From positions 1,063,931 to 1,127,930 of the forward strand of contig RDEW01000008.1 of the NCBI GenBank assembly GCA_011109175.1: a stretch of DNA of 64,000 nt, given 5' to 3'. The DNA comes from Dicyema japonicum (Eukaryota; Animalia; Dicyemida). Positions 1 through 12,879 of this stretch are shown in pieces. The translations under genes and the position numbers were made by a program. Position 1 is the first letter of the stretch, and each line of letters opens with the position of its first letter. Below the pieces are notes generated by a model. That model saw nothing but the letters and a program-made list of their open reading frames with translations. It ran no database searches and had not been told where the DNA came from.

Positions 1-1261
1 AAGCATAAAGGAGTACAAAGTTAGTTAGTTTTGATATATAATAGGTTTTTCATAAGCTAACTATTCAAAAGGTCAAATATATTATTTAAGCGATCAGCTT
101 TTATATAACCACATAGGTCTTCTGATGATTATATCATACATTGTATCGAAAAATATATAATGGAATATCGTATAGGAAAGATTTGAACAAGATAAGTGAC
201 AGAAGAGATCCTAATAGGAGCCCGTTAGGCAAAACTTATGATGATTTTGTAGAACGTGAAATACCCCTCCTCTCTGTCCATTTTGGAAATTTACGATCCA
301 CTTTTTCAAATCGTTCACGAAGACATAGACAAAGAAGTTTTTTTAAGTATCTTACCTAAACAGTGAGTGTTTCTAAGCTCGCTCTTCAAAACGGAAAGGT
401 AAAAAAGACATTACTGCAGAGATGTCATTGTCAATCAACAAATAAATTAAATTTTGTCGTAAATAATAATAAAAAGGTAAATTGTTTTAAATTCTCATGG
501 AAAATAAAAACGGTATTTTTTTATGAGCCGTAACCAAAGTCGTAGTTTTACCGTCACAACTAGTTTCAAATAGATGCCAAAAATAGGTTTGATTGATTTA
601 TCTATTAGTCAACCCGTGAAGATAAGGCAAAGTGTTTTTTTCTACTAAATGACACCACGTCGTCGACAAGCGACATGACATTTGATTGAATTAATGATAT
701 CTTGATTCAAACGGGTAATTTAAATATTTTAAAAATTATTTAGTTTGCATTAATTAAATTAACATAATTACTTTGAAATATTTCATAGAATTGAGATAAT
801 TCATTTCCAAAACAAACAAATTAACTCATATGATCACAAAGTTCTAACGGGGTAGCTTAAGAAATAACAAAAATCTTTGAAAATTAATATTATTCAGTAT
901 GAGATCATCATAATAACAACTTATCAAGCTTTCAATTTATTATACTCATTTCTTTTTTCAATTCAATTCTTCGTTAACAATAAGTCCAATTTCAGGAAAA
1001 CATCAAATAGATCATATTTCTCATATGACAACAGATAATCTCTAGGAGAATGTCTATCACTGTGGTTTTGGAACGAATTATGTGTTTAAATATAACAACA
1101 GATAATCTCTAGGAGAATGTCTATCTCTCCGACTACAACTTAATCGTTGGAAAAACATAATTGATTATTAATTACATACTTTTTTCTTTGTGTGTCCTGA
1201 GTTAAATAATTAATAAATTAGTCTCAGAAAATAATTTAACTAAGATATCTGCTAGTTTAAG

Positions 1262-2769
1262 TTAAATTAGTATGTTAATTAAAATCCATCCAAGTAGGAG
1301 GAATGATAATTCCACTGGACGAGAAACGGAGGAAGTACTGAATTTTCGGGCATGCGTGCTTACTATCAAATTAGAGTTAATTATTGAACTTGTTATGCTC
1401 AAATCTTCAAATAAAAATATTAAAATGATTAAATGTTNNNNNNNNNNNNNNNNNNNNNNNNNNNNNNNNNNNNNNNNNNNNNNNNNNNNNNNNNNNNNNN
1501 NNNNNNNNNNNNNNNNNNNNNNNNNNNNNNNNNNNNNNNNNNNNNNNNNNNNNNNNNNNNNNNNNNNNNNNNNNNNNNNNNNNNNNNNNNNNNNNNNNNN
1601 NNNNNNNNNNNNNNNNNNNNNNNNNNNNNNNNNNNNNNNNNNNNNNNNNNNNNNNNNNNNNNNNNNNNNNNNNNNNNNNNNNNNNNNNNNNNNNNNNNNN
1701 NNNNNNNNNNNNNNNNNNNNNNNNNNNNNNNNNNNNNNNNNNNNNNNNNNNNNNNNNNNNNNNNNNNNNNNNNNNNNNNNNNNNNNNNNNNNNNNNNNNN
1801 NNNNNNNNNNNNNNNNNNNNNNNNNNNNNNNNNNNNNNNNNNNNNNNNNNNNNNNNNNNNNNNNNNNNNNNNNNNNNNNNNNNNNNNNNNNNNNNNNNNN
1901 NNNNNNNNNNNNNNNNNNNNNNNNNNNNNNNNNNNNNNNNNNNNNNNNNNNNNNNNNNNNNNNNNNNNNNNNNNNNNNNNNNNNNNNNNNNNNNNNNNNN
2001 NNNNNNNNNNNNNNNNNNNNNNNNNNNNNNNNNNNNNNNNNNNNNNNNNNNNNNNNNNNNNNNNNNNNNNNNNNNNNNNNNNNNNNNNNNNNNNNNNNNN
2101 NNNNNNNNNNNNNNNNNNNNNNNNNNNNNNNNNNNNNNNNNNNNNNNNNNNNNNNNNNNNNNNNNNNNNNNNNNNNNNNNNNNNNNNNNNNNNNNNNNNN
2201 NNNNNNNNNNNNNNNNNNNNNNNNNNNNNNNNNNNNNNNNNNNNNNNNNNNNNNNNNNNNNNNNNNNNNNNNNNNNNNNNNNNNNNNNNNNNNNNNNNNN
2301 NNNNNNNNNNNNNNNNNNNNNNNAAAAAAAGTTTGATTAACTAATGCATCAGAATCACCAAAATGTGGTATCTATAATATAAAAATACCGACAACATTAA
2401 CATAAATATATTTTAGATTAATAAAACTAGAATCTATTTTCATGTCAAATCCAACAAGTATATTTTCAAATAGAAAATTGATGTAGAACTCATTATTTCT
2501 TCTATTCACAAATTTGACTTCTGTCTGTTTGAATTTAATATCTCGATTCTACTACTATGAAATTCACTTACGAATCTATTATGTTTAATCAATACGTAAA
2601 TCTCTCCAGAAAATAATATAGAAAATTTGTTATGTACGCGAATGATCCACATTGGAGCTTGATTTAATAACAGTTCATCAATAGTGATTTCAAGTAGAAT
2701 TAAGCCAAAAAACAACACAATTACTACAAAATTAATAAATTCAAACAAACCTTCAATTATAAAGATCAT
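1262..2769 (-). CDS. Surface glycoprotein family copy 1 (leader + LAMP-like domain + mucin stalk + GPI-like tail); middle lies in the assembly gap
   Basis: Removing three tiny GT-AG introns (~23-27 nt) gives an open frame MIFIIEVIVLFFGLILLEITIDELLLNQAPMWIIRVHNKFSILFSGEIYVLIKHNRFNRDIKFKQTEVKFVNRENNEFYINFLFENILVGFDMKIDSSFINLKYIYVNIPHFGDSDALVNQTF up to the gap. The last exon beyond the gap reads DLSITSSIINSNLIVSTHARKFSTSSVSRPVELSFLLLGWILINILI*. Homologous to copies at 8688, 16869 and 32749. Confidence 0.75.
1438..2323. other. Assembly gap (886 N)
   Basis: Run of N, located where the other copies carry the end of the head domain and the tandem mucin exon-intron repeats. Confidence 0.99.
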
Positions 2770-2853
2770 TAAGTTAAATAATTAATTATTCATGAATAAT
2801 TAATTATAAGAAATTAATATAATATAATAAATTTACTTAATAATTATTTTATC

Positions 2854-2921
2854 TCAAGGAGAGACTCTCGTTGGCTGTTGTCCGTGGGAATAGCTTGTGC
2901 ATCTCCCAACAGCTGAATTAA
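2854..2921 (+). mobile_element. Extremely 5'-truncated CRE-like non-LTR element with 56-bp target-site duplication
   Basis: Insert translates KERLSLAVVRGNSLCISQQLN*, matching the C-terminal motif of the CRE-like copies here (QKIGIAILRGNSFAI). Flanked by 2798-2853 and 2922-2977 (one mismatch). Absent from the other promoter copies. Confidence 0.75.
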
Positions 2922-3629
2922 AATTAATTATAAGAAATAAATATAATATAATAAATTTACTTAATAATTATTTTATCAAAATAATTTAAGTTATTAAAAA
3001 AAAGTTAAATATGTAACATATGAATTAATTTACCTAATTTATGATTAGATCTTCATTTTGGAATAATGTTATCGTGTCGTCATGTGGTTCACTTTTATGG
3101 TGGCGCTCGATGTCTAATAACAACAAAAAGAATTATTTTCTCTTCCTTATCCATACTTCTCGTATCTCTGGATGTTATACCTTAACAGAAACTCAAAATT
3201 TTATTTGTTCCCGTGGATTCTATTTCTTTCTGGAGATATTGCACATACCATAGACCAAATCCCTTTGTTATTGTGCATATCAATGCTACCAAAATAAAAA
3301 CAAAGATTTTGGATGTACGATGTCTATTATCGTAGCACAATTTTCATATTTGCCTTATCTAGGAGTCAAAACTTTTTACAAAGAATACAACCCCACTTTT
3401 CCTTGATACATCTCTATCAGAAAAGGCCGTATCGGACGTGGTGGCGGATTACTTCCTATTAATAAAAACGGTTTATCCTTCGACTATGTAAGCTCACAAG
3501 TAGATGATTTAATTTTACACGACAGGACCGCGGAACGAATTTCTATTGATCTTATTAATAGGTCAGAACATCTTTTTTTTAATCTACATTTACATTCCAC
3601 GGCAGTGATTCTATCCTAAGAGATCTTAT

Positions 3630-3860
3630 ACGTATGGTCCTGACGGTATTTCGGAAATTTTTCTTAAACACCTTGCTAATGTTGCAATCAATTCGAATAC
3701 GTCAATTTTTTATCTGTCTTCTAACAGAATGTCATCCTATGCAAATAGAACAACTCATTTATAATACCCCTTTTTAAAAACCAGGAAAACCGGAAACCTG
3801 ACCTTCTTCCTACTGTCCAAATTCATTGACATGCGAATTATTGGGCTTACTAAAAAAACT
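3630..3860 (+). mobile_element. Degenerate LINE reverse-transcriptase fragment
   Basis: Frameshifted GPDGIS..LKHL ... LKPGKP..PSSY.PISLT motifs. Confidence 0.65.
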
Positions 3861-4082
3861 CGTACTTTGTAAAATCAAACCCCATTTGCCGGCTGCCCTG
3901 ACTGCGTGGCTATTCCTTCTCAGGGTAGGGATCGAGATTCGCTCAAATAAACAGCAGATATATAAGAATTATTGATTTACGAACATTAATTACATATTCT
4001 TCATTAATAAAGTCTGTAGAAATGTAGAAATAGTACAAAGTCTAACTTTTAAAAACCTTTTAGTAAGGAAAAATGTCATCGG

Positions 4083-4343
4083 GAAAAAAGAAACAAAATT
4101 AATATACAAGAAACAGGAGATATAATTGCACTTACGGAAAAAACGGCAAATTTAGAGAATTTTGTGATTACTCATAAACCACAGAGATCTCATTAAAACT
4201 ATAATTTTTAAATAAAAATTTCTCTTAAATAATTCCTGTACGTGGTAATAACTTTTTGACTTCTGAAATAAAGGGCGATAAATGATTGAAAGGCGAAAAA
4301 ATAATTTGCGGAGGCAATTAGATAAAAAGGTTGAGAACCACTG
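4083..4343 (+). mobile_element. 3' end of hAT (Buster/Charlie-type) DNA transposon
   Basis: Transposase C-terminus KKRNKINIQETGDI.IALTEKTANLENFVITHKPQRSH*; terminal repeat AGGTTGAGAACCACTG at 4328-4343 (reverse complement CAGTGGTTCTCAACCT). Confidence 0.75.
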
Positions 4344-4349
4344 CCCTGG

Positions 4350-4987
4350 AGGATCAGATTCATGCTTCTTAAATATGCTGACGACATAATTATCGCTAGC
4401 ATAGCAAATAAGTGGATATGGCAAAATCAGAGCTTCAGTCACATATTGATGACCTATTATTTTGGAAGTGACTTTCGACCCTTTGATAACATTTTCTTAA
4501 CATGTGAAAAACGTTTTGACAAAGGGTCTTAGAAAACTGAATGTAATGAAATCGTTCTTAAAGTCCATGCCATCACGGTAATTCGCTGTTGTCTTGTATA
4601 ATTAACTTTTAAAATCGACGGTAGAGCATGCTAGTACCTCAGCTTATGGAGTATCAATATCCGATTTGTACAAGATCAATTCCTTAACATTCTAGTTGGT
4701 ACCTCTAACTAATCCACTTGCCGATCTCCCCATGCTTTAATCGAAAAAAACGTCTCCAACAAGTCGTTTCTTCCATTCAAGACTAGAAGCCTCAAATATA
4801 CGTAAATTGGCGAAAAACCCACCTCTCTTCAAATCTTAATGAACGGTGAACGCCATCGATACAGGAAAGCCGTGGGTACTATGGAGTAACATAAGAAAAA
4901 CTCTATTTTTTTGAACTGTACCAAGATAATTTAATAACTCGGTCTTTCTTGGTGTTCTCTACTCGAGGTTATTAAATAATAATAAAT
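4350..4987 (+). mobile_element. Degenerate LINE RT/3' end with TAA-rich tail
   Basis: LKYADDII motif near 4368-4391. Ends ctttcttggtgtt...ggttattaaataataataaat, the same end as the 10167-10271 insert. Confidence 0.65.
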
Positions 4988-5480
4988 CCCTATCTTACAC
5001 GACTCTTACACATCGTAAAATCAATAATTTTCAGTGAAACTCCAAAATATCAAAGTAAATTGAAAAATATATAATAAATTTGACATTCCGATAAGTTCTT
5101 CATGATTAAAAGTTACGTAATAAATTAATTAATCAAGGAATTATTTAATAAAACATTGAACATTCTTGCACGTTAATAATGAAGAAATAATAAGGTGAAA
5201 AAAAAACATACAAGACCACAAGAGGCAATTTTTTTTATCATTTCTTTATCTTTTCTTGTTTCACAAGAATTGCGTCATGTTATTCAAATATAATTTATTC
5301 AGTGTTTATCCACAGTATTTGTAGAATTGAGTATATCATCGAAGCCATCGTCTCATCCGACATGATGACTTTATAGATCTAAATTGAGGATACTTTATCC
5401 GCATCAAATTAGGCATGACGGCGAATCAACGAAAGTGATCTAAAGTCGTGGATTCAAAAGATTCTAAATAGTTCTTTACC

Positions 5481-7800
5481 GAATTAAAAAATCAACGATT
5501 TCGTATAATTTTAAAAATCGTAAAACCTGTTTTTTTCAATTATCTCTGCAACTTTAAATGAATAAAATAATCCAGAAACATTTTTTCAATATATTTTTAT
5601 TAAAACTAGAAATTAAATTGTTCTTATTTTCATAATTCTTTTTTAATTCAAAAAATTCTGTTTTTTTCCAATTGAGTTAAGATTTTAAGCTTAAAATGTT
5701 CGATTGAGAGCGATGGCTTCATCGCCTTATTGGAAAATACTATGTCACATTGCAAACAAAGCGGTTTATGAAGAGCTTTGAGGATTTTTTTATATATTTA
5801 AATGAAAGATATTTCTCTTTATTTGTTCTAATTTTATTAAACAAGACTCATTACGAAGTATTAAAAATCACGATTATAATTTTAAATAAATTATAATTAT
5901 TATTATCGAACCTGGACTACATTCCATATACATACAGTTCACCGAGTCTACAATAGGATACGCATGTAATGTCTGAGGTTCTAACTTTGCAGTAACGAAT
6001 TCGGACAAGATCAGCAACATTCAAGTGAAGGTAGTAGTTAAGGAGGCCGGAATCACCTGAATTTGTATATTTTGGATATGCTGTGGTTTTCTGGTTTAAT
6101 AATAATAATAATATAAATGAAATATAATATAATGCTATATATCTGCTGGTTATTTGAACGAATCTCAATTGCCATCCTGTGAGAATATAGCCACGAAGTC
6201 AAGGAAGCTTTTATATAACCGTTTACTCTCTAGTCTTTCTTTTTATCAAATGAAAATGAATAATATAAGACTCAAATATTTATTCGTCTTTAATTTTTCA
6301 CATGACAATTAGCTCTTTGAGGACCATCGCCTCCTTGTCAAAACAAAAAGTCGTCCAAAAGGAGCAATTCGCCCCTCGTTGAGACCTCTGCTCCAGGACA
6401 TGTTAAACCGTTCGTTTAGGAATAAATTGAATAGGACTGGAAAGATGGGCGATCCTTGATGGCCGCCATTTGGTAGAAGACGGTACTATCGTGTATGGCC
6501 TACAAAGACACGTCCTCTTCTTCCGGAAAGAAAATTAGCTATTCATCTTTTTAATATGGGAAGGCTATTTAGCATATTGTTTTAAAGTAATCTTCGAATG
6601 TCTTTGGTAGAGATTTGATCATGTATCGTCTATTTCAAAATCTTTTGTAGCTCTATTTGGGATTTTTTGAATTTTTTGGATGCTAAAAAAATGAGGCCCA
6701 GGAGAGGTTCCTGTAGTTCTAAGTAGTCCTGATATATTGATTGTAGATTATTAATAACGATTTCGAATTAAAAAATCAACGATTTCGTATAATTTTAAAA
6801 ATCGTAAAAACTGTTTTTGCAATTATCTCTGCAACTTTAAATGAATGAAATAATCCAGAAACATTTTTTCAATATATTTTTATTAAAACTAGAAATTAAA
6901 TTGTTCTTATTTTCATAATTCTTTTTTAATTCAAAAAATTCTGTTTTTTCTAATTGAGTTAAGATTTTAAGCTTAAAATGTTCGATTGAGAGCGATGGCT
7001 TCATCGCCTCATTGGAAAATACTATGTCACATTGCAAACAAAGCGGTGTATGAAGAGCCTTGAGGATTTTTTTATATATTTAAATGAAAGATATTTATCT
7101 TTATTGGTTCTAATTTTATTAAACAAGACTCATTACGAAGTATTAAAAATCACGATTATAATTTTAAATAAATTATAATTATTATTATCGAACCTGGACT
7201 ACATTCCATATACATACAGTTCACCGAGTCTACAATAGGATACGCATGTAATGTCTGAGGTTCTAACTTTGCAGTAACGAATTCGGACAAGATCAGCAAC
7301 ATTCAAGTGAAGGTAGTAGTTAAGGAGGCCGGAATCACCTGAATTTGTATATTTTGGATATGCTGGGTTTTCTGGTTTAATAATAATAATAAAAATAATA
7401 AATGAACTATAATATAATGTTATATATCTGCTGGTTATTTGAGCAAATCTCAATTGCCATCCTGTGAGAATATAGCCACGAAGTCATGGAAGACTTTATA
7501 TAACCGTTTACTCTCTAGTCTTTCTTTTTATCAAATGAAAATGATTAATATAAGAATCGAATATTTATCCGTCTTTAATTTTTCATTTGACAATGAGCTC
7601 CTTTAGGCCAAGAAGGGCAATTCGTCCTTGTAGACCACTGCTCCAGGACAGGTTAAAACGTTTAGGAATAAATTGAATAGCACTGGAGAGATGGGCGATC
7701 CTTGATGGACGCCATTTGGTAGAAGACGGGTCCTCGATCAGGCATAACCTACACATACACATCCTCTTCATCCGGAAAGAAAATTGGCTATCCATTTTTT
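5481..7800. repeat. Direct duplication ~1.05 kb (5481-6550 and 6765-7800) containing hAT BED-finger relic and LINE fragments
   Basis: Near-identical blocks offset 1284 nt. Minus strand CLQCDIVFSNEAMKPS is a Buster-type BED zinc-finger motif; LPNGVHQGSPISPVLFNLFL-like RT relic. Confidence 0.85.
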
Positions 7801-8687
7801 CAACCCGGCTGATTGGTGGTATCAAAACACTTTTTTGTGAGTAATGTTCTCGGGACATAATCGATCGCCTTCTAGATATCCAGAAAGACTAATTTTGTCC
7901 GTAAATTGCGTTTCGGTTAGTTTTACTATTCTGACATAAATGAGACAATTAAGTCAAATGTGTCGTAGTTGAACGCTCACATTTGAAACCATGTTAAAGT
8001 GACAGTCGAGCAAATGGGGTTTAATTTAACAGAGTCCAGTCGTCATGTCGCTGGAGTCCTGTCGTGTAGAATTAAATCATCCATTTGCGAGCTCACGTCG
8101 TGGAAGGATAACCGTTTTTAAAAAAGGTAAGTAATCCGTTACCACACCTAATACGTTCTTTTCTGATATAGATGTATCCAGGAAAAAGTGGGGTTGTATT
8201 CTTTGTAAAAGGTTTTGACACCTAGATAAATAAAATATTTATATTCTGCTTCGATAATAGACATCGTAAATCCAAAATCTTTGTTTTTATTCCGTAGCAT
8301 TGAGATGCATAATAACAAAGGGTTTCGGTCAATGGTATTGTTCAATATCTCCAGAAAGCAATAGAATCCACGTTAACAAACAAGAACTCTAGTTTCCAGT
8401 TAAGATATACCATCTAGACAAACGAGAAGTGTGGATGAGGAAGAGAAAATAAATCTTTTTGGTGTTATTCGACACTGAGCGCCACCATAAAAAATGAACC
8501 ACATGACGGCACGCTAACATTATAGCAAAATGAAGATCTCTCATAAATTAGGTTAATTAATTCATAATTTGCAAATTAAACCTTTTTTAATAACTTAATT
8601 TATTTTTATAAAATAATTATTAGATAATTAATTTTATTATAATAATTTTTATAATTAATTATTCATGAATAATTAATAATTTAACTA

Positions 8688-9787
8688 ATGATCTTTATGT
8701 TTGGAGGTTTGTTTGAATTTAATAATTTTGTAGAAATTGTGTTGTTTTTCGGTTTAATTCAACTTGAAATCACTACTGAACTGTTATTAAATCAAGTTCC
8801 AAAGTGGATCATTCGCGTACATAACAAATTTTCTATATTTGTTTCTGGGGAAATTTACGTATTGATTAAACATAAGAGATTCGTAAGTGAATTTCATAGT
8901 AGTAGAATCGGTTATTAAATTCAAATAGACAGAAGTCAAATTTGTAAATCGAAGAAATAATCAGTTCCACATCAATTTTCAATTTGAAAATATATTTGTT
9001 GGATTTGTCATGAAAAAGGATTCTTAATTTTATTAATCTAAAACAGATTTATGTTAATGTTTTCGGTATCTTGATATTTTAGATACCAGATTTTGGTGAT
9101 TTTGATGCATTAGTTAATCAAACTTTTTTGATTAAGAATTATTATTTTTGTCTCATTTTTAAATTGGACTATGTTAGAATTATTCTTTACATATTCAATT
9201 TACAACTACAAGTATCACAAACATCTGAAATTACATCATTTTCTGGAATCGGTTATATTTATAATAATTTTAAGCTGATTTTTGTAATAAAAATCTGTTG
9301 TGTAATGAACCTATTGAACAAAATAATCAATACTTTAAGTTGTTTTATTAATATTTATTTTCTTTTATTTTTTTATTATTTTTAGAAAACACAACGACTA
9401 TTTCCACAACTACAACTGAAAGTATATATATTTTAATTTCATATTTATAAATTCATGCATTCAAATAATATTTTTATTCATAGAAATGGCCACTACACTT
9501 ACTCCCACAAGTACATCTGAAGGTACAAAATCTTCAATTATTGATTAATCAATTCATATAGTGAAATGTTAGATTCATCCACAGAATTGGCCACTACACC
9601 TACTCCCACAAATACAACTGAAGGTAAAATATCTTCAATTAATGATTAATCAATTCATATACTTAAATGTTAGATTCACCCACAGAATTGGCCACTACAC
9701 ATTCTCCCACAAATAAAACTGAAGGTAAAATATCTTCAAATTATGATTAATAAATTCAAATGGATTTTAATTAACATACTAATTTAA
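8688..9787 (+). pseudogene. Surface glycoprotein family copy 2, disrupted
   Basis: Same exon structure, but indel and CAG>TAG in exon 3. A deletion near 9760 fuses a mucin intron to the last ~27 nt of the final exon. Confidence 0.7.
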
Positions 9788-10166
9788 ATTAAACTAACAG
9801 GTATCTTTGTTAAATTATTTTTTGACACTAATTTATTTATTTTTTAACCCATACACATAAAGAAAAACTTCAGTGATTAATAATCAATTAAGTTTATCCA
9901 ATGACCAAGTGTTAGTCGGAGATAGAGATGTGTTTCTAAACACATAACTCGTTCCAAAACCACACTGATAGACATTCTCCAAGAGATTATCTGTTGTCAT
10001 ATGAGAAATATGATCTATTTGATGTTTTTCTAAAATTGGAATTTTTGTTAACGAAGAAATGAATTGAAAAAAAGAATCAGTATAATAAATTGAAAGCTTG
10101 GTAAGTTGTTATTATGATGGTTTCATATTGAATAATATTAATTTTCAAATATTAGGTTGTATCTTA

Positions 10167-10271
10167 TTTATTTATTTATTTATTTAATAACCCCGAAAAG
10201 GGAACACCAAGAAAGAAGGAGTAATCCAACTTATTAAGTGATCCCGGTACGCCTCAACAGGATCGAGAGGT
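10167..10271 (-). mobile_element. Short 5'-truncated LINE 3' end with (TAAA)n tail
   Basis: TSD TTGTATCTTA at 10157-10166 and 10272-10281; the empty site is seen in the left arm near 860-870. Confidence 0.85.
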
Positions 10272-10421
10272 TTGTATCTTAAGCTGCCCAATTAGAACTT
10301 TGTGATCATATGACTTAATTTGTTTGTTTTGGAAATGAATTATCTCAATTCTATGAAATATTTCAAAGTAATTATGTTAATTTAATTAACGCAAACTAAA
10401 TAATTCCTAAAATATTTAAAT

Positions 10422-11404
10422 TTTTAAATATTTAAATTTTTAGGTACCTATCATCTCTCTCAAGCTGCAGTCATTTGACACGGCAAGTCCTTCATAACAC
10501 AATTGGACTTTGCTGGAATGAGTCATTTGACGAAGCTTGTCGGAAATGGAACGGGTCCGGACTCAAAATCCCAGAAGACACAACGAAGCAAAGAAATTGG
10601 GATGACATTGTCTGCTCCAAAATTTTGAAGGACCTTAAGAAAGAAGCAAATCAACATCGTCTGGCTTGTTTGGTGTCAGCTTCAAGTCGAGGGAGTGGAG
10701 CATGGCTTGGTGCAATACCTTGCCCAAACCTCGGGACCTTTTTGGACGACGATTCTTTGAGGATTGGAATCGGACAAAGGCTGGGACTAGACGTTTGCCA
10801 GGAGCACCGATGCCGATGCGGGAAAACAGTCGATGTGAAAGATTGCACCCGCTGTCCTGCAGAAGAAGCGCCGGAAGGGGACCACGTCATGCTGCTTTGA
10901 ATGATGTGATCGTCAGAGATCTGAAGGCTTCAGGCATCCCAGCACAGCTTGAACCAGTGGGTCTTGATCGAGGAGATGGGAAGAGACCTGACGGGATGAC
11001 CCTTTTCCCCTTCACGTCTGGAAGATCTTTGGTCTGGGACGCAACTTGCATAGACACGTTCTCAAGTACGAACATTTTTAAATCTGTTCAGAAAACCTGG
11101 AGCAGCTGCTTCGACCGCGGAAAACCTAAAAATCAAGAAATATTCTTGCCTCGGGGATCGCTACCGATTTACTCCTGTTGCGACCAAATCATCGGGAGCC
11201 GTTGGTCCAATGACGGCTGAATTCTTGCAAGAACTCGGAGGATTGCTTGCCAGAAAGAAAAGGGATCAACGAGAAGGGCTATGGCTAAGACAAAAGATTG
11301 GAATAGCCATACTCCGAGGGAACTCGTTCGCAATCCACGCAGCAGGCTTCCTCAACTGATATTTGTTTAATTGTTAAAAAAAATTTTTAATTAAAAAAAA
11401 TAAA
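10422..11404 (+). mobile_element. 5'-truncated CRE-like non-LTR retrotransposon (zinc motif + restriction-like endonuclease)
   Basis: [44 protein letters not shown] and RGNS motifs; A-rich tail; TSD AAAATATTTAAAT at 10409-10421 and 11405-11417; empty site near 715-730. Confidence 0.85.
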
Positions 11405-12075
11405 AAAATATTTAAATCACCCGTTTAAATCAAGATATCCTTAAATCAATAAAATGTCATGTGGCTCGCTGACTACGTGGTGGCATTTAGTAGAAAAAAA
11501 CCACAATTTCCCCTATCTTCAAGTGTGGACTAATAGATAAATCAATCAAACCTATTTTTGGCATTTATTTGATGCTAGTAGTTTACAGTAGAACTACGAC
11601 TTTAGTTACGGCTCATAAAAAAGACCGTTTTTATTTTCCATGAGAATTTAAAACAATTCACCTTTTTCTTATTATTTACTACAAAATTTAATTTATTTGT
11701 TGATTGACAATTACATATTTGCAGTAGTGTCTTTTTGACTATTCCTTTTTGAAGAGCGAGCTTAAAACACTCACTGTTTATGTAAAATACTTATATAAAA
11801 GTTCTTTGTCTATGTCCTCGTGAACGAATTGAAAAACTGGATCGTAAATTTCCAAAATGGACAGATAGGAGGGGTATTTCACGTTCTACAAAATCATCAC
11901 TAAGTTTTGCCTAACGGGCTCCTATTACGATCTCTTCTGTCACTTATCTTGTTCAAATCCTTTCTAAACGATATTCCACCTATATATTTTTCGATATACT
12001 GAATGATATATTCATCAGGAGACCTGTGTGGTCACATTAATGCTGATCGCTTAGATAATATATTTGACCTTTCGA

Positions 12076-12640
12076 AAAAGTCATACTTTTTTTCTCTCCA
12101 CCTCCACAGTATACAAACGGTCTTGAGACGTAATGACATTTTCTATGATGTGAACTAGGCCAGACTCTTCATAGTGTACCACAAAATCATGTTCATTGCT
12201 TGACTAGCATAGAGTGTCATAGTAATTGGCATAACGCTATCACTTTTAATAACCCACCATCATCAACAACATACTTAGCGAACACAAAAGGTTTGAATGT
12301 GCCTAGGTGAGTGGGCCTTGTTTTCTCGGTCGTTGTTATGGCGTGCTTCCTAGCAGACACACTAGACCCAGCTATCAAGGTCTCATGCATTTGCATAAGA
12401 ATTCGCTTCACCTTGTTGGACTACTCCTAATTGGCTGCCAGCACATAGACATAATACTCCACGAATCATAAAATCATTTTATAGTACTTTTTGGCTCAAA
12501 ATCAACAACACCTATGTAGTAGTTTAGAACCGTAATAGCATACTCATTTAATGCTAGGACAACTTCCGTGCATGTCTTACATAATAGCGTTGCTATTCTA
12601 CTAATGTCTTTAGTTACTTATCGCTTTATCTCATGGACTC
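12076..12640 (-). mobile_element. Degenerate R4/Dong-like non-LTR RT fragment
   Basis: Homologous to 30230-30960, which keeps the YKYLG and RL.L.R..GR motifs. Confidence 0.6.
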
Positions 12641-12879
12641 AATGGAAATCTGTAGATAAAAAATCCATTCAGATTCAAAATTGAAATATTGAGGATACTT
12701 TTTTATAAAAAATAAATAACCGGACAAATAAAGAAATAATCAAAAATTTAAACTAAAAGCACGAGATATTAACTTCCGACCGATTTCAAGCTTAATATTA
12801 TAAAAATTTAGGATATCCAGTCAAAAGCAGTAAATTTACTAGTAAAATATACGGCTTTAAAAGTTTTCCTAAGTGGGCA

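Larger units (their letters stand above)
60..3897 (-). repeat. Left arm of imperfect inverted duplication (partner ~8000-12075)
   Basis: Reverse complement matches the right arm across 5' flank, gene and 3' flank (e.g. 3041-3528 vs 8056-8540; 60-1290 vs 9760-12075), apart from insertions. Confidence 0.9.
8000..12075 (+). repeat. Right arm of imperfect inverted duplication (partner 60-3897)
   Basis: See left arm; carries two additional retroelement insertions with TSDs. Confidence 0.9.

Noticed and set aside
1272-2344. Long 354-aa and 303-aa ORFs
   Set aside because: Artefacts of the N gap
5917-6168. 83-aa ORF with signal-peptide-like start (also 7199-7453)
   Set aside because: The hydrophobic run comes from the antisense of a (TAA)n tail; the plus strand reads as a LINE remnant
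8500-8510. CACATGAC M-box/CLEAR-like motif upstream of copies 1-3
   Set aside because: The same 8-mer occurs in unrelated repeats in the window, and its conservation is explained by recent duplication
8751-8770. GGTTTAATTCAACTTGAAAT resembling nematode SL1 leader (attractive because CRE elements target SL genes)
   Set aside because: Lies in the coding leader exon; only 9 nt match, with no adjacent donor or Sm site
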